From Chthonomonadales bacterium (GTDB taxonomy: Bacteria; Armatimonadota; Chthonomonadetes; Chthonomonadales; Chthonomonadaceae): a DNA stretch of 55,188 bases. The position numbers and the translations under genes are program-made. Positions 1 through 8,881 of the stretch are shown here, one piece after another (position 1 is the stretch's first letter; every line of letters begins with the position of its first letter). The notes beneath the pieces were generated by a model. That model was given only the letters and a program-made list of their open reading frames with translations. It searched no databases and was not told the origin of the DNA. Location: the NCBI GenBank assembly GCA_038217285.1, contig JBBQPO010000005.1:1-55188 (forward strand), read 5' to 3'.

Positions 1-945
1 CGTACCCTGTTTGAACACGCCTACGGCAAATATGCCATCGGCGCGTATAACATTAATAACCTAGAACAGACCATGGGGTTGTTCCGGGGCTGCATCGATT
101 CCCAGGCCCCTTTCATCATACAGATTTCCAAAGGCGCCCGCAGCTATACCGATAAGAAAATGCTCGAAGCTATCATCCGCACGGCTGGAGAGATCTTTCC
201 GGACGCGCTCTTTGCGGTTCACCTGGATCATGGCGATGAGAAGACCTGCTACGATGCGATCGACAGCGGCTTCTACTCCTCGGTGATGATCGACGCCTCG
301 CACGATCCGTTCGACGAGAATGTCGCGATTACGAAGCGTGTCGTCACCGCAGCCCATGCCAAGGGGATCTCCGTCGAAGCGGAACTGGGCATGCTGGGCG
401 GCGTGGAGGAGGACATCAAGGTAGACGAGAAGAACTCGTGCCTGACCGATCCGGAAGAGGCTTTTGATTTCGTACACCAGTCCGGCTGCGACTCCCTCGC
501 TTGCGCCATCGGCACCAGCCACGGCGCTTACAAGTTCTCGGGCGGACAGGGCATCTACTTCGACCGCGTGGCCGCGATTCAGGCGAAACTGCCGAACGTC
601 CCGCTCGTGATGCACGGCTCCTCGTCGGTACCACAGGACGAGGTCGCTCGCATCAACGCCGCAGGCGGCGCTCTAAAAGAGGGCGCGAAGGGCGTCGATC
701 CGGCGCAGTATCTGCCCGCCGCCAAGCTCGGCGTCTGCAAGGTCAACATCGACACCGACGGCCGACTGGTCTGGACCCGCGTGCATCGGGAGTTCTTCAA
801 AGAGAACCCGGCCGAGTTCGATCTGCGTCCACCCGGCAAGGTCTTCATGGCGGAATACGCGAAGTTCATCGCCAGCCGCAACGTGCTGCTCGGCTCCGCT
901 GGCAACCTTGCCGGGGCCCGCGCGCACGCCGAAAGCAAGCGCTGA
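1..945 (+). CDS. fba: Class II fructose-bisphosphate aldolase, 5' end outside the window
   Basis: Frame is open from base 1 (RTLFEHAYGKYAIGAYNINNLEQ). Class II motifs HLDHG, SVMIDAS, VEAELG, AIGTSHGAYK, LVMHGSS, KVNIDTD. Confidence 0.95.
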   Translation, partial: RTLFEHAYGKYAIGAYNINNLEQTMGLFRGCIDSQAPFIIQISKGARSYTDKKMLEAIIRTAGEIFPDALFAVHLDHGDEKTCYDAIDSGFYSSVMIDASHDPFDENVAITKRVVTAAHAKGISVEAELGMLGGVEEDIKVDEKNSCLTDPEEAFDFVHQSGCDSLACAIGTSHGAYKFSGGQGIYFDRVAAIQAKLPNVPLVMHGSSSVPQDEVARINAAGGALKEGAKGVDPAQYLPAAKLGVCKVNIDTDGRLVWTRVHREFFKENPAEFDLRPPGKVFMAEYAKFIASRNVLLGSAGNLAGARAHAESKR

Positions 946-955
946 TCTCCGATCT

Positions 956-992
956 TCCGGCCCTCCTCTCCTCTGAAAAGGAGAGGGCCGGA
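956..992 (+). terminator. Hairpin after fba, probable terminator
   Basis: 10-bp inverted repeat TCCGGCCCTC/GAGGGCCGGA just after the stop; no U-tract. Confidence 0.5.
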
Positions 993-1191
993 CGCTCATG
1001 CGGGAAGATCAGGATCCCGATGGCGGTGCGGGGACAGCGTTGGTTTGTACGAGTTCCGAACCTGCGAGGGCGGCATTGAAATCCAGTTCTAAATCCTTCG
1101 CGCGGAAGCGTAGGATTTGGGGCGCCCGTAGGGCGACTTGCGTATGGGAAGTTCGCCTTCGCGGACTCAACTCACGACCGGAGTGAATGGT

Positions 1192-1581
1192 ATGGAGCGA
1201 ATAGCAGACAAACATCTGATTCTTTGGGACGGAGAGTGCGGCTTGTGCCGGCGCGTCACGCAGTGGGTAGCGAAGGCGGATGTCGATCATCTGTTCCAGA
1301 CATGTCCCTATCAGGAGTGTCCTTCGCCACCGATGACTCCGGAGCTGACTGCGGCCTGTGAGCGCGCCGTCCATGTCATCACCGCAGACGGGCGAGTTCT
1401 GCGCGCCGGTCGGGCGTCCATGTTCGTTTTGGAGCGCTGTGGCGGCGGCTTCCCCGCACGATTGATGACTCTCCCGCCCTTTATCTGGTTTGTCGAAATC
1501 GGCTACTGGATCGTCGCCCATAACCGCAACTTCTTCTCCCATTTTCTCTTTACGCGCGAAGATCCTGGGGCGAGTCCGTGA
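1192..1581 (+). CDS. DCC1-like thiol-disulfide oxidoreductase (DUF393)
   Basis: N-terminal ILWDGECGLC (DxxCxxC) motif and C-terminal YWIVAHNR. GGAG precedes ATG 1192. Confidence 0.85.
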   Translation: MERIADKHLILWDGECGLCRRVTQWVAKADVDHLFQTCPYQECPSPPMTPELTAACERAVHVITADGRVLRAGRASMFVLERCGGGFPARLMTLPPFIWFVEIGYWIVAHNRNFFSHFLFTREDPGASP

Positions 1582-2354
1582 CCTCCCCGGCCTCCCCATC
1601 CCCCGACACGATTGATCGCATCTCTCCCACGCTCCGGCCTCCAGGCCGGACAGTCATGTTTCAGCGCTGGTCGAAGTTGTCGTTTCTGCACTGGCGATTT
1701 CCACCCGAGGCGATTCGGCCCTTGCTGCCGCCTGGCCTGGAGTTGGATACGTTCGACGGCGAAGCGTATATCGGCTTGGTGCCGTTCACAATGTCTGGCG
1801 TCCGCCCGGTCTGGTCCCCACCCTTCCCACCGATATCGAATTTCCACGAAACCAACGTCCGAACCTATGTTCATTACCGGGGACGCGACCCCGGCGTCTG
1901 GTTTTTCAGCCTCGACGCGGCCAGCGCGCCTGCGGTTCACATCGCCCGTACCATCTGGAAACTGCCCTATTATTTTGCCCGGATGCGTATCGAGACATTC
2001 GGGGACGAAGTGGACTACAGGTCCGAACGCCTCTGGCCTGCTCCCGTTCCCGCCGTCTGCTCCCTCCGTACACGCCCGTCAGGAATCATCGTACCAGCCG
2101 CTCTCGGTACTCTGGAGCACTTTCTCGCCGAACGGTATATCCTCTACGCCTATGCCCGATCACGCCTGTACCGTGGCCGTGTCCATCACACTCCGTACCC
2201 CCTGCAAAACGCGGAGCTCCTGTCTCTGGACGAAACGCTTTTGGCGGCGGCACATCTCGCCCGGCCCGATGCCGATCCCCTCGTTCACTACGCTGACGGA
2301 GTCGATGTGCGCGTCTTCCCACTTCGCCCCATCACTGACGAACGCGCCAGGTGA
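1578..2354 (+). CDS. YqjF/DUF2071 family protein
   Basis: MFQRWSKLSFLHW, ETNVRTYV, GVWFFSLDA and HFLAERY motifs. 4-bp overlap with the upstream gene. Confidence 0.9.
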   Translation: MTSPASPSPDTIDRISPTLRPPGRTVMFQRWSKLSFLHWRFPPEAIRPLLPPGLELDTFDGEAYIGLVPFTMSGVRPVWSPPFPPISNFHETNVRTYVHYRGRDPGVWFFSLDAASAPAVHIARTIWKLPYYFARMRIETFGDEVDYRSERLWPAPVPAVCSLRTRPSGIIVPAALGTLEHFLAERYILYAYARSRLYRGRVHHTPYPLQNAELLSLDETLLAAAHLARPDADPLVHYADGVDVRVFPLRPITDERAR

Positions 2355-2359
2355 AGACA

Positions 2360-2398
2360 GTCAACTACCGCCCCCTGAAGGAGGCGGCTTGTCCCTAG
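2360..2398 (+). mobile_element. Orphan IS200/IS605-type end hairpin (resembles IscB/HEARO element terminus)
   Basis: GTCAACTACCGCCCCCTGAAGGAGGCGGCTTG: GTCAACTAC, an imperfect hairpin with TGAA loop, then CTTG. No transposase or nuclease nearby. Confidence 0.6.
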
Positions 2399-2433
2399 TT
2401 GGAAGCGAGTGCTTCTAACCGGAACATTATGGA

Positions 2434-3183
2434 TCAGGCGGCTGCGGCGATCTGCGCGATCATCTCAGGCAGCGTGTTCAGGTCCGTCACCACCGCGATG
2501 ACACCGGGAATGGTGGCTTCGTGCCGGATACGGGAGAGTTTGGCCTGGATCACGGTCGCACCTTGCGCCAATGCCCAGCCTATCGCGGGGGGATAGTCGT
2601 CAACGACGATCACCTCTTCGCTCCGCACACCCGCTGCGGCGAACACTCTCGCATAGAACTCTGGCCCCTCTTTGGCGCAGTCCACAAGGTCCGGCCCGAA
2701 CAGGTGTCCGACATAACGGGCGATCCCCATCCCCGTCAGTCCGCCGCGCAGATACTCCGACTCCTGCCCGGACGCCATATGCAGCGTGTAGCCCTGACGG
2801 CTTAAGGTCGCCAGCGCCTTCGCAGCTCCGGGAAACGCCGCGTCGCACTTTGAAAGCGCGTCAAACTGCATTCGAACGGAGTGCTGCTCGGCATCGGGCG
2901 GAACCGGCAAAGACATGGCGTCAAAGACCAGTTGAACGGAGCGGTATCGGAGCGCGTTGAGCCATTCGAGATAGCCGTTTGTAGGATTTCCGACGAAGCG
3001 GTCCTTATAGTCCTCCTCGACCACGACCAACATGTCCGCCGCCGCCTTTTCCCAGGCGTCCGATTCGCCTCCGAAATGTCCGCTCAGGGAATGGCCGATC
3101 TCCCGCACAAACTGGATAAAAAATGGAACCAGATCGCTCAAGGTATCGTCGAAATCCAGAAAAACGGTCGGTCGTTTCCTCAC
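2434..3183 (-). CDS. HAD-superfamily hydrolase
   Basis: Motif I FLDFDDTL, motif II ASG, conserved K (AKEG), motif IV VVDD. Confidence 0.85.
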   Translation of the reverse strand: MRKRPTVFLDFDDTLSDLVPFFIQFVREIGHSLSGHFGGESDAWEKAAADMLVVVEEDYKDRFVGNPTNGYLEWLNALRYRSVQLVFDAMSLPVPPDAEQHSVRMQFDALSKCDAAFPGAAKALATLSRQGYTLHMASGQESEYLRGGLTGMGIARYVGHLFGPDLVDCAKEGPEFYARVFAAAGVRSEEVIVVDDYPPAIGWALAQGATVIQAKLSRIRHEATIPGVIAVVTDLNTLPEMIAQIAAAA

Positions 3184-3551
3184 GATGGCTCCTGACTATC
3201 GGCGCGGTGAACGAACCTCGTTTCTGTCGAACGCAGGTTCTTCCCACAGCCTATTGCGGCTCTTGACGGCCTGGCGAATAGCCCCATTATAACATCGCGA
3301 ACCATCGGACGCAACCCGATAGGTCATGTTCGGGGACCGAATGAACAAAAAAAGGTTCGGTAGCGAAACAATACATAGAACATCCTGTCGCTGCGAAACG
3401 TCTTAAAGTGTAGAGTAGTGACGTTGCGTGACATGCGACACAGGAGGCCCGAACTCATTCCTCCGCTTCAAGACGGAATCCGTCTCTTCATCCACCGCCG
3501 AACAGCGCTGCTGGCGCTTGTCGGAATCACCAGTTCTCGGAGGGGGCTTCA

Positions 3552-3818
3552 ATGTCGGAAACAGGGGAGAAAGATCCGCGACATGCGTCGGACTTACCAC
3601 AGGGTCCGCCACGCCACAGAACGATTGTATTCGAGTCGAATGCCGCCTATAATCGTGACCGTCTTCCCATGCCGAAGCCGAATGGTCCGAATGGCAGACG
3701 CGTCTTGAATCTCGAAATGCTGATGAACCATCCCTTTTACTGGGAATGGCTCAACGAAAAAGAGACCGAAGAGGTCTTGATGGAGATCTATATCGCACGG
3801 ACGCGTCGGGCACAGTGA
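3552..3818 (+). CDS. Hypothetical small protein (88 aa)
   Basis: GGAGGGGG RBS before ATG; protein-like C-terminus (HPFYWEWLNEKETEEVLMEIY); family not recognised. Confidence 0.5.
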   Translation: MSETGEKDPRHASDLPQGPPRHRTIVFESNAAYNRDRLPMPKPNGPNGRRVLNLEMLMNHPFYWEWLNEKETEEVLMEIYIARTRRAQ

Positions 3819-3849
3819 TTCTTGTGGTCGCTTCCTGCTCAATTCGCTC

Positions 3850-3878
3850 TTGACAAACCAGCCCGGTCGTTCTATAAT
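3850..3878 (+). promoter_or_regulatory. sigma70 promoter of the tRNA-Gly/tRNA-Cys operon
   Basis: Perfect TTGACA-N17-TATAAT 11 nt upstream of tRNA-Gly. Confidence 0.9.
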
Positions 3879-3889
3879 AGAGAAGCCTT

Positions 3890-3961
3890 GCGGGAGTAGC
3901 TCAATGGTAGAGCGCCAGCTTCCCAAGCTGGATGTTGCGAGTTCGAGCCTCGTCTCCCGCT
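3890..3961 (+). tRNA. tRNA-Gly (CCC), CCA not encoded
   Basis: Acceptor GCGGGAG/CTCCCGC, anticodon arm CCAGC-TTCCCAA-GCTGG, T-loop TTCGAGC. Confidence 0.97.
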
Positions 3962-4045
3962 TGCTCACCTTCGCGACCGAATTTTGCCCTAGTGGGCAGG
4001 ATTGGTCACGGGCAACCTCCACAGGCGCGCATCGCTTGTGCTTCT

Positions 4046-4117
4046 GGAGCCGTACCCAAATGGTTAAGGGAGCGGTCTGCAAAACCGCGATCACCAGTTC
4101 GATTCTGGTCGGCTCCT
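4046..4117 (+). tRNA. tRNA-Cys (GCA), CCA not encoded
   Basis: Acceptor GGAGCCG/CGGCTCC, anticodon arm GCGGT-CTGCAAA-ACCGC, T arm CCAG-TTCGATT-CTGG, U73. Confidence 0.96.
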
Positions 4118-4217
4118 TCCCTCTTCTTTCACGCCGTTCTTTCCCTTCTCCAGGACCGCACCCGACAGGAACTTCATCCTAAACCCACTGCGTAAGCAGG
4201 ACATGGAGGACTCTCAC

Positions 4218-5531
4218 ATGCGCACCATTTTTACCGGCCTTTTGACATGCCTCGCGTTGGCCCTTCTGGGCCAGCCGTCTCACGCCGATCTCGACAGCTA
4301 TTTCAGCAAACCAGAGCCGGTCTACCGATGGGAGAAGACCGGGGAAAAGAAACTCGACGGTGGGACGATGGTCGATCTGCATCTGGTATCCCAGACCTGG
4401 CAGGGCGGCGTCTGGCAGCATAGGCTGATGATCTTTCGCCCGGACAAGCCGGTCCGGTCCGATTTCTGCACCCTGTTCAATACCGGCGGAGGCGGCAGCG
4501 ATGGCGAGATGACGCTCGGCATATCAGCGGCGCAGATCACGGGCATGCCGTTCGCCATCCTCTACGGAATCCCCAATCAGCCGCTCTACGATGGCAAAAC
4601 CGAGGACGCACTGGTCGCCTACACCTGGGAAAAGTTTATGGAGACCGGGGATGAGAGCTGGCCGCTTCACTTTCCGATGGCGAAGGCCGTGCTGAAAGCC
4701 ATGGACGCGATCCAGGCGTATACGAAAGAGGCGAAGGAGCCAGAGATCAAGGGCTTCGTGATCGCGGGCGCTTCCAAACGCGGCTGGACCACCTGGCTGG
4801 CGGGCGCGAGCCGGGACAAGCGGATCAAGGGCATCGCTCCCATGGTCATCGATACCCTGCACGTGACCGCTCAGATTCCGCATCAGCTTGCCGCTTACGG
4901 CAAACCCAGCGAACAGGTGCAAGACTACACTTCGTCGGGGATGCTGGAGAAACTGTTTACGCCGCAAGGCAAGCGCCTGATGGAGTTGGAAGACCCATAT
5001 AGTTACCGTGACCGCCTGACAATGCCGAAGCTGATCATTCTCGGCACCAACGACCGCTACTGGTCGCAGGATTCGCTCAACCTCTATTGGGACGACCTCA
5101 AAGGCCCGAAATGGGTGCTGTACAACTCCAACGCCGGTCACTCGCTGGCAGGCCTGGACACGCAGTTTCGGGTGCTGAACGCGGTGGGCGCTTTTGCCCG
5201 CGCTGTCGCCGGTGGTCCCGCCCTCCCGAAACCGACCTGGAAGTATACGCAGAAGGGCGACGTCTCCTCGCTCACGGTTCGCAGCGACATGCCGATCAAA
5301 TCTGCGAAGCTGTGGCACGCACACGCGGCGACCCAGGATCTACGGGACGCGAAATGGTCCTCGGAGCCGATGAATCCGCTGGACGCGGCGGATCCTGCAC
5401 ACGCTCTCCTCGGGACTCAGCCGATTCCCACTGAAGGCTATACCGCGACATACGCGGAGCTGACGTATGCGCAGGCCGGCAAGCCGTTTTCGCTGACGAC
5501 ACAAATACAGATCCTCTCCGCTAAAAAGTGA
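4218..5531 (+). CDS. PhoPQ-activated pathogenicity-related (PqaA-family) alpha/beta hydrolase, secreted
   Basis: Signal peptide; PNQPL, EDALVAYTW, GASKRGWTTW nucleophile motif, NDRYW, NAGH. GGAGGA RBS before ATG 4218. Confidence 0.88.
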   Translation: MRTIFTGLLTCLALALLGQPSHADLDSYFSKPEPVYRWEKTGEKKLDGGTMVDLHLVSQTWQGGVWQHRLMIFRPDKPVRSDFCTLFNTGGGGSDGEMTLGISAAQITGMPFAILYGIPNQPLYDGKTEDALVAYTWEKFMETGDESWPLHFPMAKAVLKAMDAIQAYTKEAKEPEIKGFVIAGASKRGWTTWLAGASRDKRIKGIAPMVIDTLHVTAQIPHQLAAYGKPSEQVQDYTSSGMLEKLFTPQGKRLMELEDPYSYRDRLTMPKLIILGTNDRYWSQDSLNLYWDDLKGPKWVLYNSNAGHSLAGLDTQFRVLNAVGAFARAVAGGPALPKPTWKYTQKGDVSSLTVRSDMPIKSAKLWHAHAATQDLRDAKWSSEPMNPLDAADPAHALLGTQPIPTEGYTATYAELTYAQAGKPFSLTTQIQILSAKK

Positions 5532-5541
5532 GCATGAGCAA

Positions 5542-5568
5542 GGGCCGGGAACGCACTGTTCCCGGCCC
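5542..5568. terminator. Hairpin between convergent genes
   Basis: 11-bp stem GGGCCGGGAAC-gcact-GTTCCCGGCCC. Confidence 0.7.
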
Positions 5569-5599
5569 CTCGTACCTCTAGCCGTGCGTTTTGCCGGCC

Positions 5600-5782
5600 T
5601 TATCCCTTGTACTGCACCACGTCGTTGTCACCGGTTAGCGTCACGGTGCCAGTCGCCGCCGACAGGGTGACCGTCAGGGTGGAGCCATCTTCGAAGTCGA
5701 TGTCGAGGGTCGCCTCCCGCTGTCGCACCGAGTCGACCTTTTTGCCTGCCAACACCTTCGTCAATGCCGCATTCGTCGCCAT
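5600..5782 (-). CDS. Hypothetical small beta-rich protein (60 aa)
   Basis: GAGGAG RBS, its own promoter, protein-like composition (LDIDFEDGSTLTV). Confidence 0.7.
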   Translation of the reverse strand: MATNAALTKVLAGKKVDSVRQREATLDIDFEDGSTLTVTLSAATGTVTLTGDNDVVQYKG

Positions 5783-5843
5783 GATTGGTTTCTCCTCGCC
5801 GTCAGGGATACGACAGGTCCCTCACAGGGACGCTATCCGGATA

Positions 5844-5872
5844 AGGATAGCATCTTGCCTCCGCGTTGTCAA
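5844..5872 (-). promoter_or_regulatory. sigma70 promoter for the 60-aa ORF
   Basis: Minus strand TTGACA-N17-TATCCT with TG extended -10. Confidence 0.65.
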
Positions 5873-5959
5873 TCGTGTATTGTAGGTTTCTTCGGGCAGG
5901 GAAACCTGTGCTTTTCGTCGAAGAACCAGGCAAGACCATTTCCTTCTCGGAGAACCTCC

Positions 5960-6436
5960 ATGCCCGATATGCTCGTTCATCTTCTGAAACTGCCGCCCGT
6001 CGAACCACTGCTGGCGCATCTGCGCGACGGCGGTATCGTCGTTCGCCGCGCCCATCCCTTCGAAATCGCCCCCATCCGTCAATTTATCGAAACAGATTTC
6101 AGCATCGGGTGGGCGGACGAGGTGATGCCCTGTTTCAGCCGTCAGCCGATCACGCTCTACATTGCGCTCCGGCAGGGCAAGGTGATCGGCTTCGCCGCCT
6201 ACGAGGCGACGATGCGCGGCTTCTTCGGCCCGACCGGAGTCGCCGAAGTCGAACGCGGCAAAGACATCGGCAAAGGGCTCCTGCTCGCCTGCCTTCAGGG
6301 TATGCGCGAAATGGGTTACGCCTACGGCGTCATCGGCGGAGTCGGCCCTGCCGAGTTCTACGCGAAGTCCTGCGGCGCGACTCTGATCCCCGACAGCACC
6401 CCCGGCATCTACACCGACATGCTCAAGACGGACTGA
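5960..6436 (+). CDS. GNAT family N-acetyltransferase
   Basis: FFGPTGV..ERGKDIGKGLL acetyl-CoA motif A and EFYAK. GGAG RBS before ATG 5960. Confidence 0.88.
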   Translation: MPDMLVHLLKLPPVEPLLAHLRDGGIVVRRAHPFEIAPIRQFIETDFSIGWADEVMPCFSRQPITLYIALRQGKVIGFAAYEATMRGFFGPTGVAEVERGKDIGKGLLLACLQGMREMGYAYGVIGGVGPAEFYAKSCGATLIPDSTPGIYTDMLKTD

Positions 6437-6478
6437 ACCATTGGCCGCCCCTGTAAACCCGACCAGAGAGCTAACGTC

Positions 6479-8839
6479 CTACTTTGGGAACGCCTGGAGT
6501 TCGGCACACGATGAGAATGCCTGGGCCGGATTATCACCGCTGGCAGGTTTACCGACAATTCGGATCGCGTAGGCCATTGTGGGCGGTATCTTTGCTTCGA
6601 ACGTCTCCCCTGCCTTGAGACCCCCAGAACTCACCGCAGTCGTTGTGGGATAGGAATCGAGGGTGGTGAGGGTCTGCCAACTGCCGCCCGGCGACGTCAG
6701 CACCTGAAGTCGGGGTTTGCCTCCGGAGGCATCGAACCAGCCGCCATCGTGGAAGGTCTTGCCGTGCGCGAAGACGACGCGGCCGATCATCACCGGCTTC
6801 GGAAGGGTCAGCGCAAACCAGTCCTCGTTAGCGAGTTTTCCATTGTATGTCACGCGGAAGGTTCCGACGTCTCCATCCCCGATGTCCCCGTCCTGATTGC
6901 CCTGCCGTGAGGCCGTCGCGGTCGCCCCCTCAAAGAGAGAGTTGACCGCCGCCATCGTCGCCGCCTTACCAGGGAGATTGATCCAGACCGCGAAATGGCT
7001 CTTATGGTCCTCGCCGGCAAATGCGTAGGGGGTCAGGACAAGCGTCGTTTCTCGCCCACCTATTTTACCGGGTATACGAAAGGAAGGCGTCTGCCATGGA
7101 CCGCTTTCACGTATCGGCGCCATTTCCAGCCTGTGGGCGTTATCGGAGGCGAGTTCGGCGCGATTCAGGTTGGTCAGGCCGGGATTCAGCGCCGTATCGA
7201 GCGTCAGCACCAACGGGCCGAACTGAAGCGCCGCACGTCCCTGATTGTCGTGGTCGCCTGGTATGAGTCGTGTGTTCAACGTCAACGTCAATCGCACGGT
7301 GTCGCCGCTCTTCCAGGCCCGGTCGATGGTAAGATAGCCTTGCTGAATCACGATAGGGATAGCTTTGCCACCGACATGGACATCGAAAACGGTCGCTCCT
7401 TCCGGCACACGCAGGCGCAGGGGAAAACGCGCGCCGCTGCGATCCAGCGAAACCTTGAATTCTACAACTCCATTGTACGGATACGTGGTCTGCTCCACAA
7501 TGGCGACGCGGCCCGCTTTCGGCAGCGTGACACGCGCCGACGCAGAGTTGTAAAGATTCACGACGATGCCACCGTCCGCGCTCGTCATCCAGGCCAGCGA
7601 CGGTATCAGAGCAATACCGCGTGGTCCGCTGGAGTGGCAGCAGGTCGTGAAGTTGTCGTAGGGTTTGATACCTTCCAGAGGCGTATAGTAGGCCCAGTCG
7701 TCCCCCGTCGGCTTCTGCGCCCCGAGCAGGTGATTGTAGATCGAACGTTCGGCCTGGGCCGCGTATTTCGCCTCTCCAGTCAGCCGCAGCAGTTCGAGGT
7801 TCATCTGCTCCCATGTCACGGTCACGCACGTCTCGCAGATGTTGGCCTTGTTGCCGTTGGGCAGGCGGAAATCGTCCTGATAGGTTTCGAACGACGAGGC
7901 GCTGCCGGTGAGGTAGAGGCGGTTCTGAACGATGTCGTTCCAGGCGGTCTCCATGTCCGTCAGCAGCCGCCTCTCGCCCGTAGCCCGGTAGAGTTCGAGC
8001 AGGCCGTTGAAGTTGGAGGTCATCTCATAGGCCTTCGCGTTCGCGACTCGGCGTACCGAACCATACTTCTCCAAAGAAGCCAGAATGGCAGGTCCGCCGG
8101 GCGCATCGTAGTTGGAGACGATGTACCGGGCGAACTGTAGATAGCGCGGCTCGTCCGTTGCACGGTAGAGCAGAACGATCGCCTCCAGCACACTGTCCGG
8201 GGCCATCCCGACGTGCTCCCCGGCCTTGTTGATGTCCCGCTGACCGGGTCCGGTGCCGAACGTGCGGACCAGCAGATCCCCGATACGGCGGCATGTCTGG
8301 AGCGCCTCTTTGTTGCCCGTATACTGGTAGTACGTGAGGAGGCCAATAAGATCGTACTTATGGACCCAGACATCCCAACTCGTCCAGCGATGGTCCGGTT
8401 TGTAGGTGCCGAGATAGCCGTCGGCCTCCTGTGTACGCATCAGGCGCGCCGCGAGGCGGTCGATTTTGGCTTTCAGCGCGGGGTCTTTCGAGCTGGCCCA
8501 GACCTGCGAGGCGGCATGCAGGTACTTGCCGATATGCTCGCCCTGCCAGTCCTGGTGAAAGACGTTGCGCCGCTCGAACGCATCCAGTAGCTCGTTCTCA
8601 TCGATCGTCAGCATCCGATGTTTTTCGTTCGCATGGTAGCGGGTTCCGAGCAGTCCTCCCAACAGATTGACCTGATCCGGCATCAACGGCGTGAACCTGT
8701 CCGCTACCTGTGCGGTCTTTGGAAGTGCCAGCCCTGCCGGATTCTGCTGCGCTGCCGCCGGCAGTAGTCCTATAGCATTCCATGTAATCAGCACGAGGGC
8801 GGCTCTGCCCATCACCGCTACCATCTGTTTCTTCTTCAT
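6479..8839 (-). CDS. Secreted GH127-family glycoside hydrolase (beta-L-arabinofuranosidase-like) with C-terminal beta-sandwich
   Basis: Signal peptide; GEHIGKYL, YLTGS, Zn/catalytic CETC and TCC motifs, ERSIYN, YPYNG, FGPLVL. Confidence 0.88.
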   Translation of the reverse strand: MKKKQMVAVMGRAALVLITWNAIGLLPAAAQQNPAGLALPKTAQVADRFTPLMPDQVNLLGGLLGTRYHANEKHRMLTIDENELLDAFERRNVFHQDWQGEHIGKYLHAASQVWASSKDPALKAKIDRLAARLMRTQEADGYLGTYKPDHRWTSWDVWVHKYDLIGLLTYYQYTGNKEALQTCRRIGDLLVRTFGTGPGQRDINKAGEHVGMAPDSVLEAIVLLYRATDEPRYLQFARYIVSNYDAPGGPAILASLEKYGSVRRVANAKAYEMTSNFNGLLELYRATGERRLLTDMETAWNDIVQNRLYLTGSASSFETYQDDFRLPNGNKANICETCVTVTWEQMNLELLRLTGEAKYAAQAERSIYNHLLGAQKPTGDDWAYYTPLEGIKPYDNFTTCCHSSGPRGIALIPSLAWMTSADGGIVVNLYNSASARVTLPKAGRVAIVEQTTYPYNGVVEFKVSLDRSGARFPLRLRVPEGATVFDVHVGGKAIPIVIQQGYLTIDRAWKSGDTVRLTLTLNTRLIPGDHDNQGRAALQFGPLVLTLDTALNPGLTNLNRAELASDNAHRLEMAPIRESGPWQTPSFRIPGKIGGRETTLVLTPYAFAGEDHKSHFAVWINLPGKAATMAAVNSLFEGATATASRQGNQDGDIGDGDVGTFRVTYNGKLANEDWFALTLPKPVMIGRVVFAHGKTFHDGGWFDASGGKPRLQVLTSPGGSWQTLTTLDSYPTTTAVSSGGLKAGETFEAKIPPTMAYAIRIVGKPASGDNPAQAFSSCAELQAFPK

Positions 8840-8881
8840 CGGTATGCTCCCAATTTCCAGGCTTCTGCAGTGAGAGAGCAA

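Noticed and set aside
3294..3360. c-di-GMP-I riboswitch, prompted by GGACGCAA
   Set aside because: The GGCAAACC/GAAA stem and the downstream receptor stem are missing; kept only as an unclassified structure.
3418..3708. Alternative ORFs 3418-3708, 3428-3652 and 3403-3612
   Set aside because: No convincing RBS or motifs, and they overlap the better-supported ORF at 3552-3818.
3890..4117. tRNA genes as integration sites (also tRNA-Gln at 31734)
   Set aside because: No integrase and no duplicated tRNA 3' end noticed in the window.
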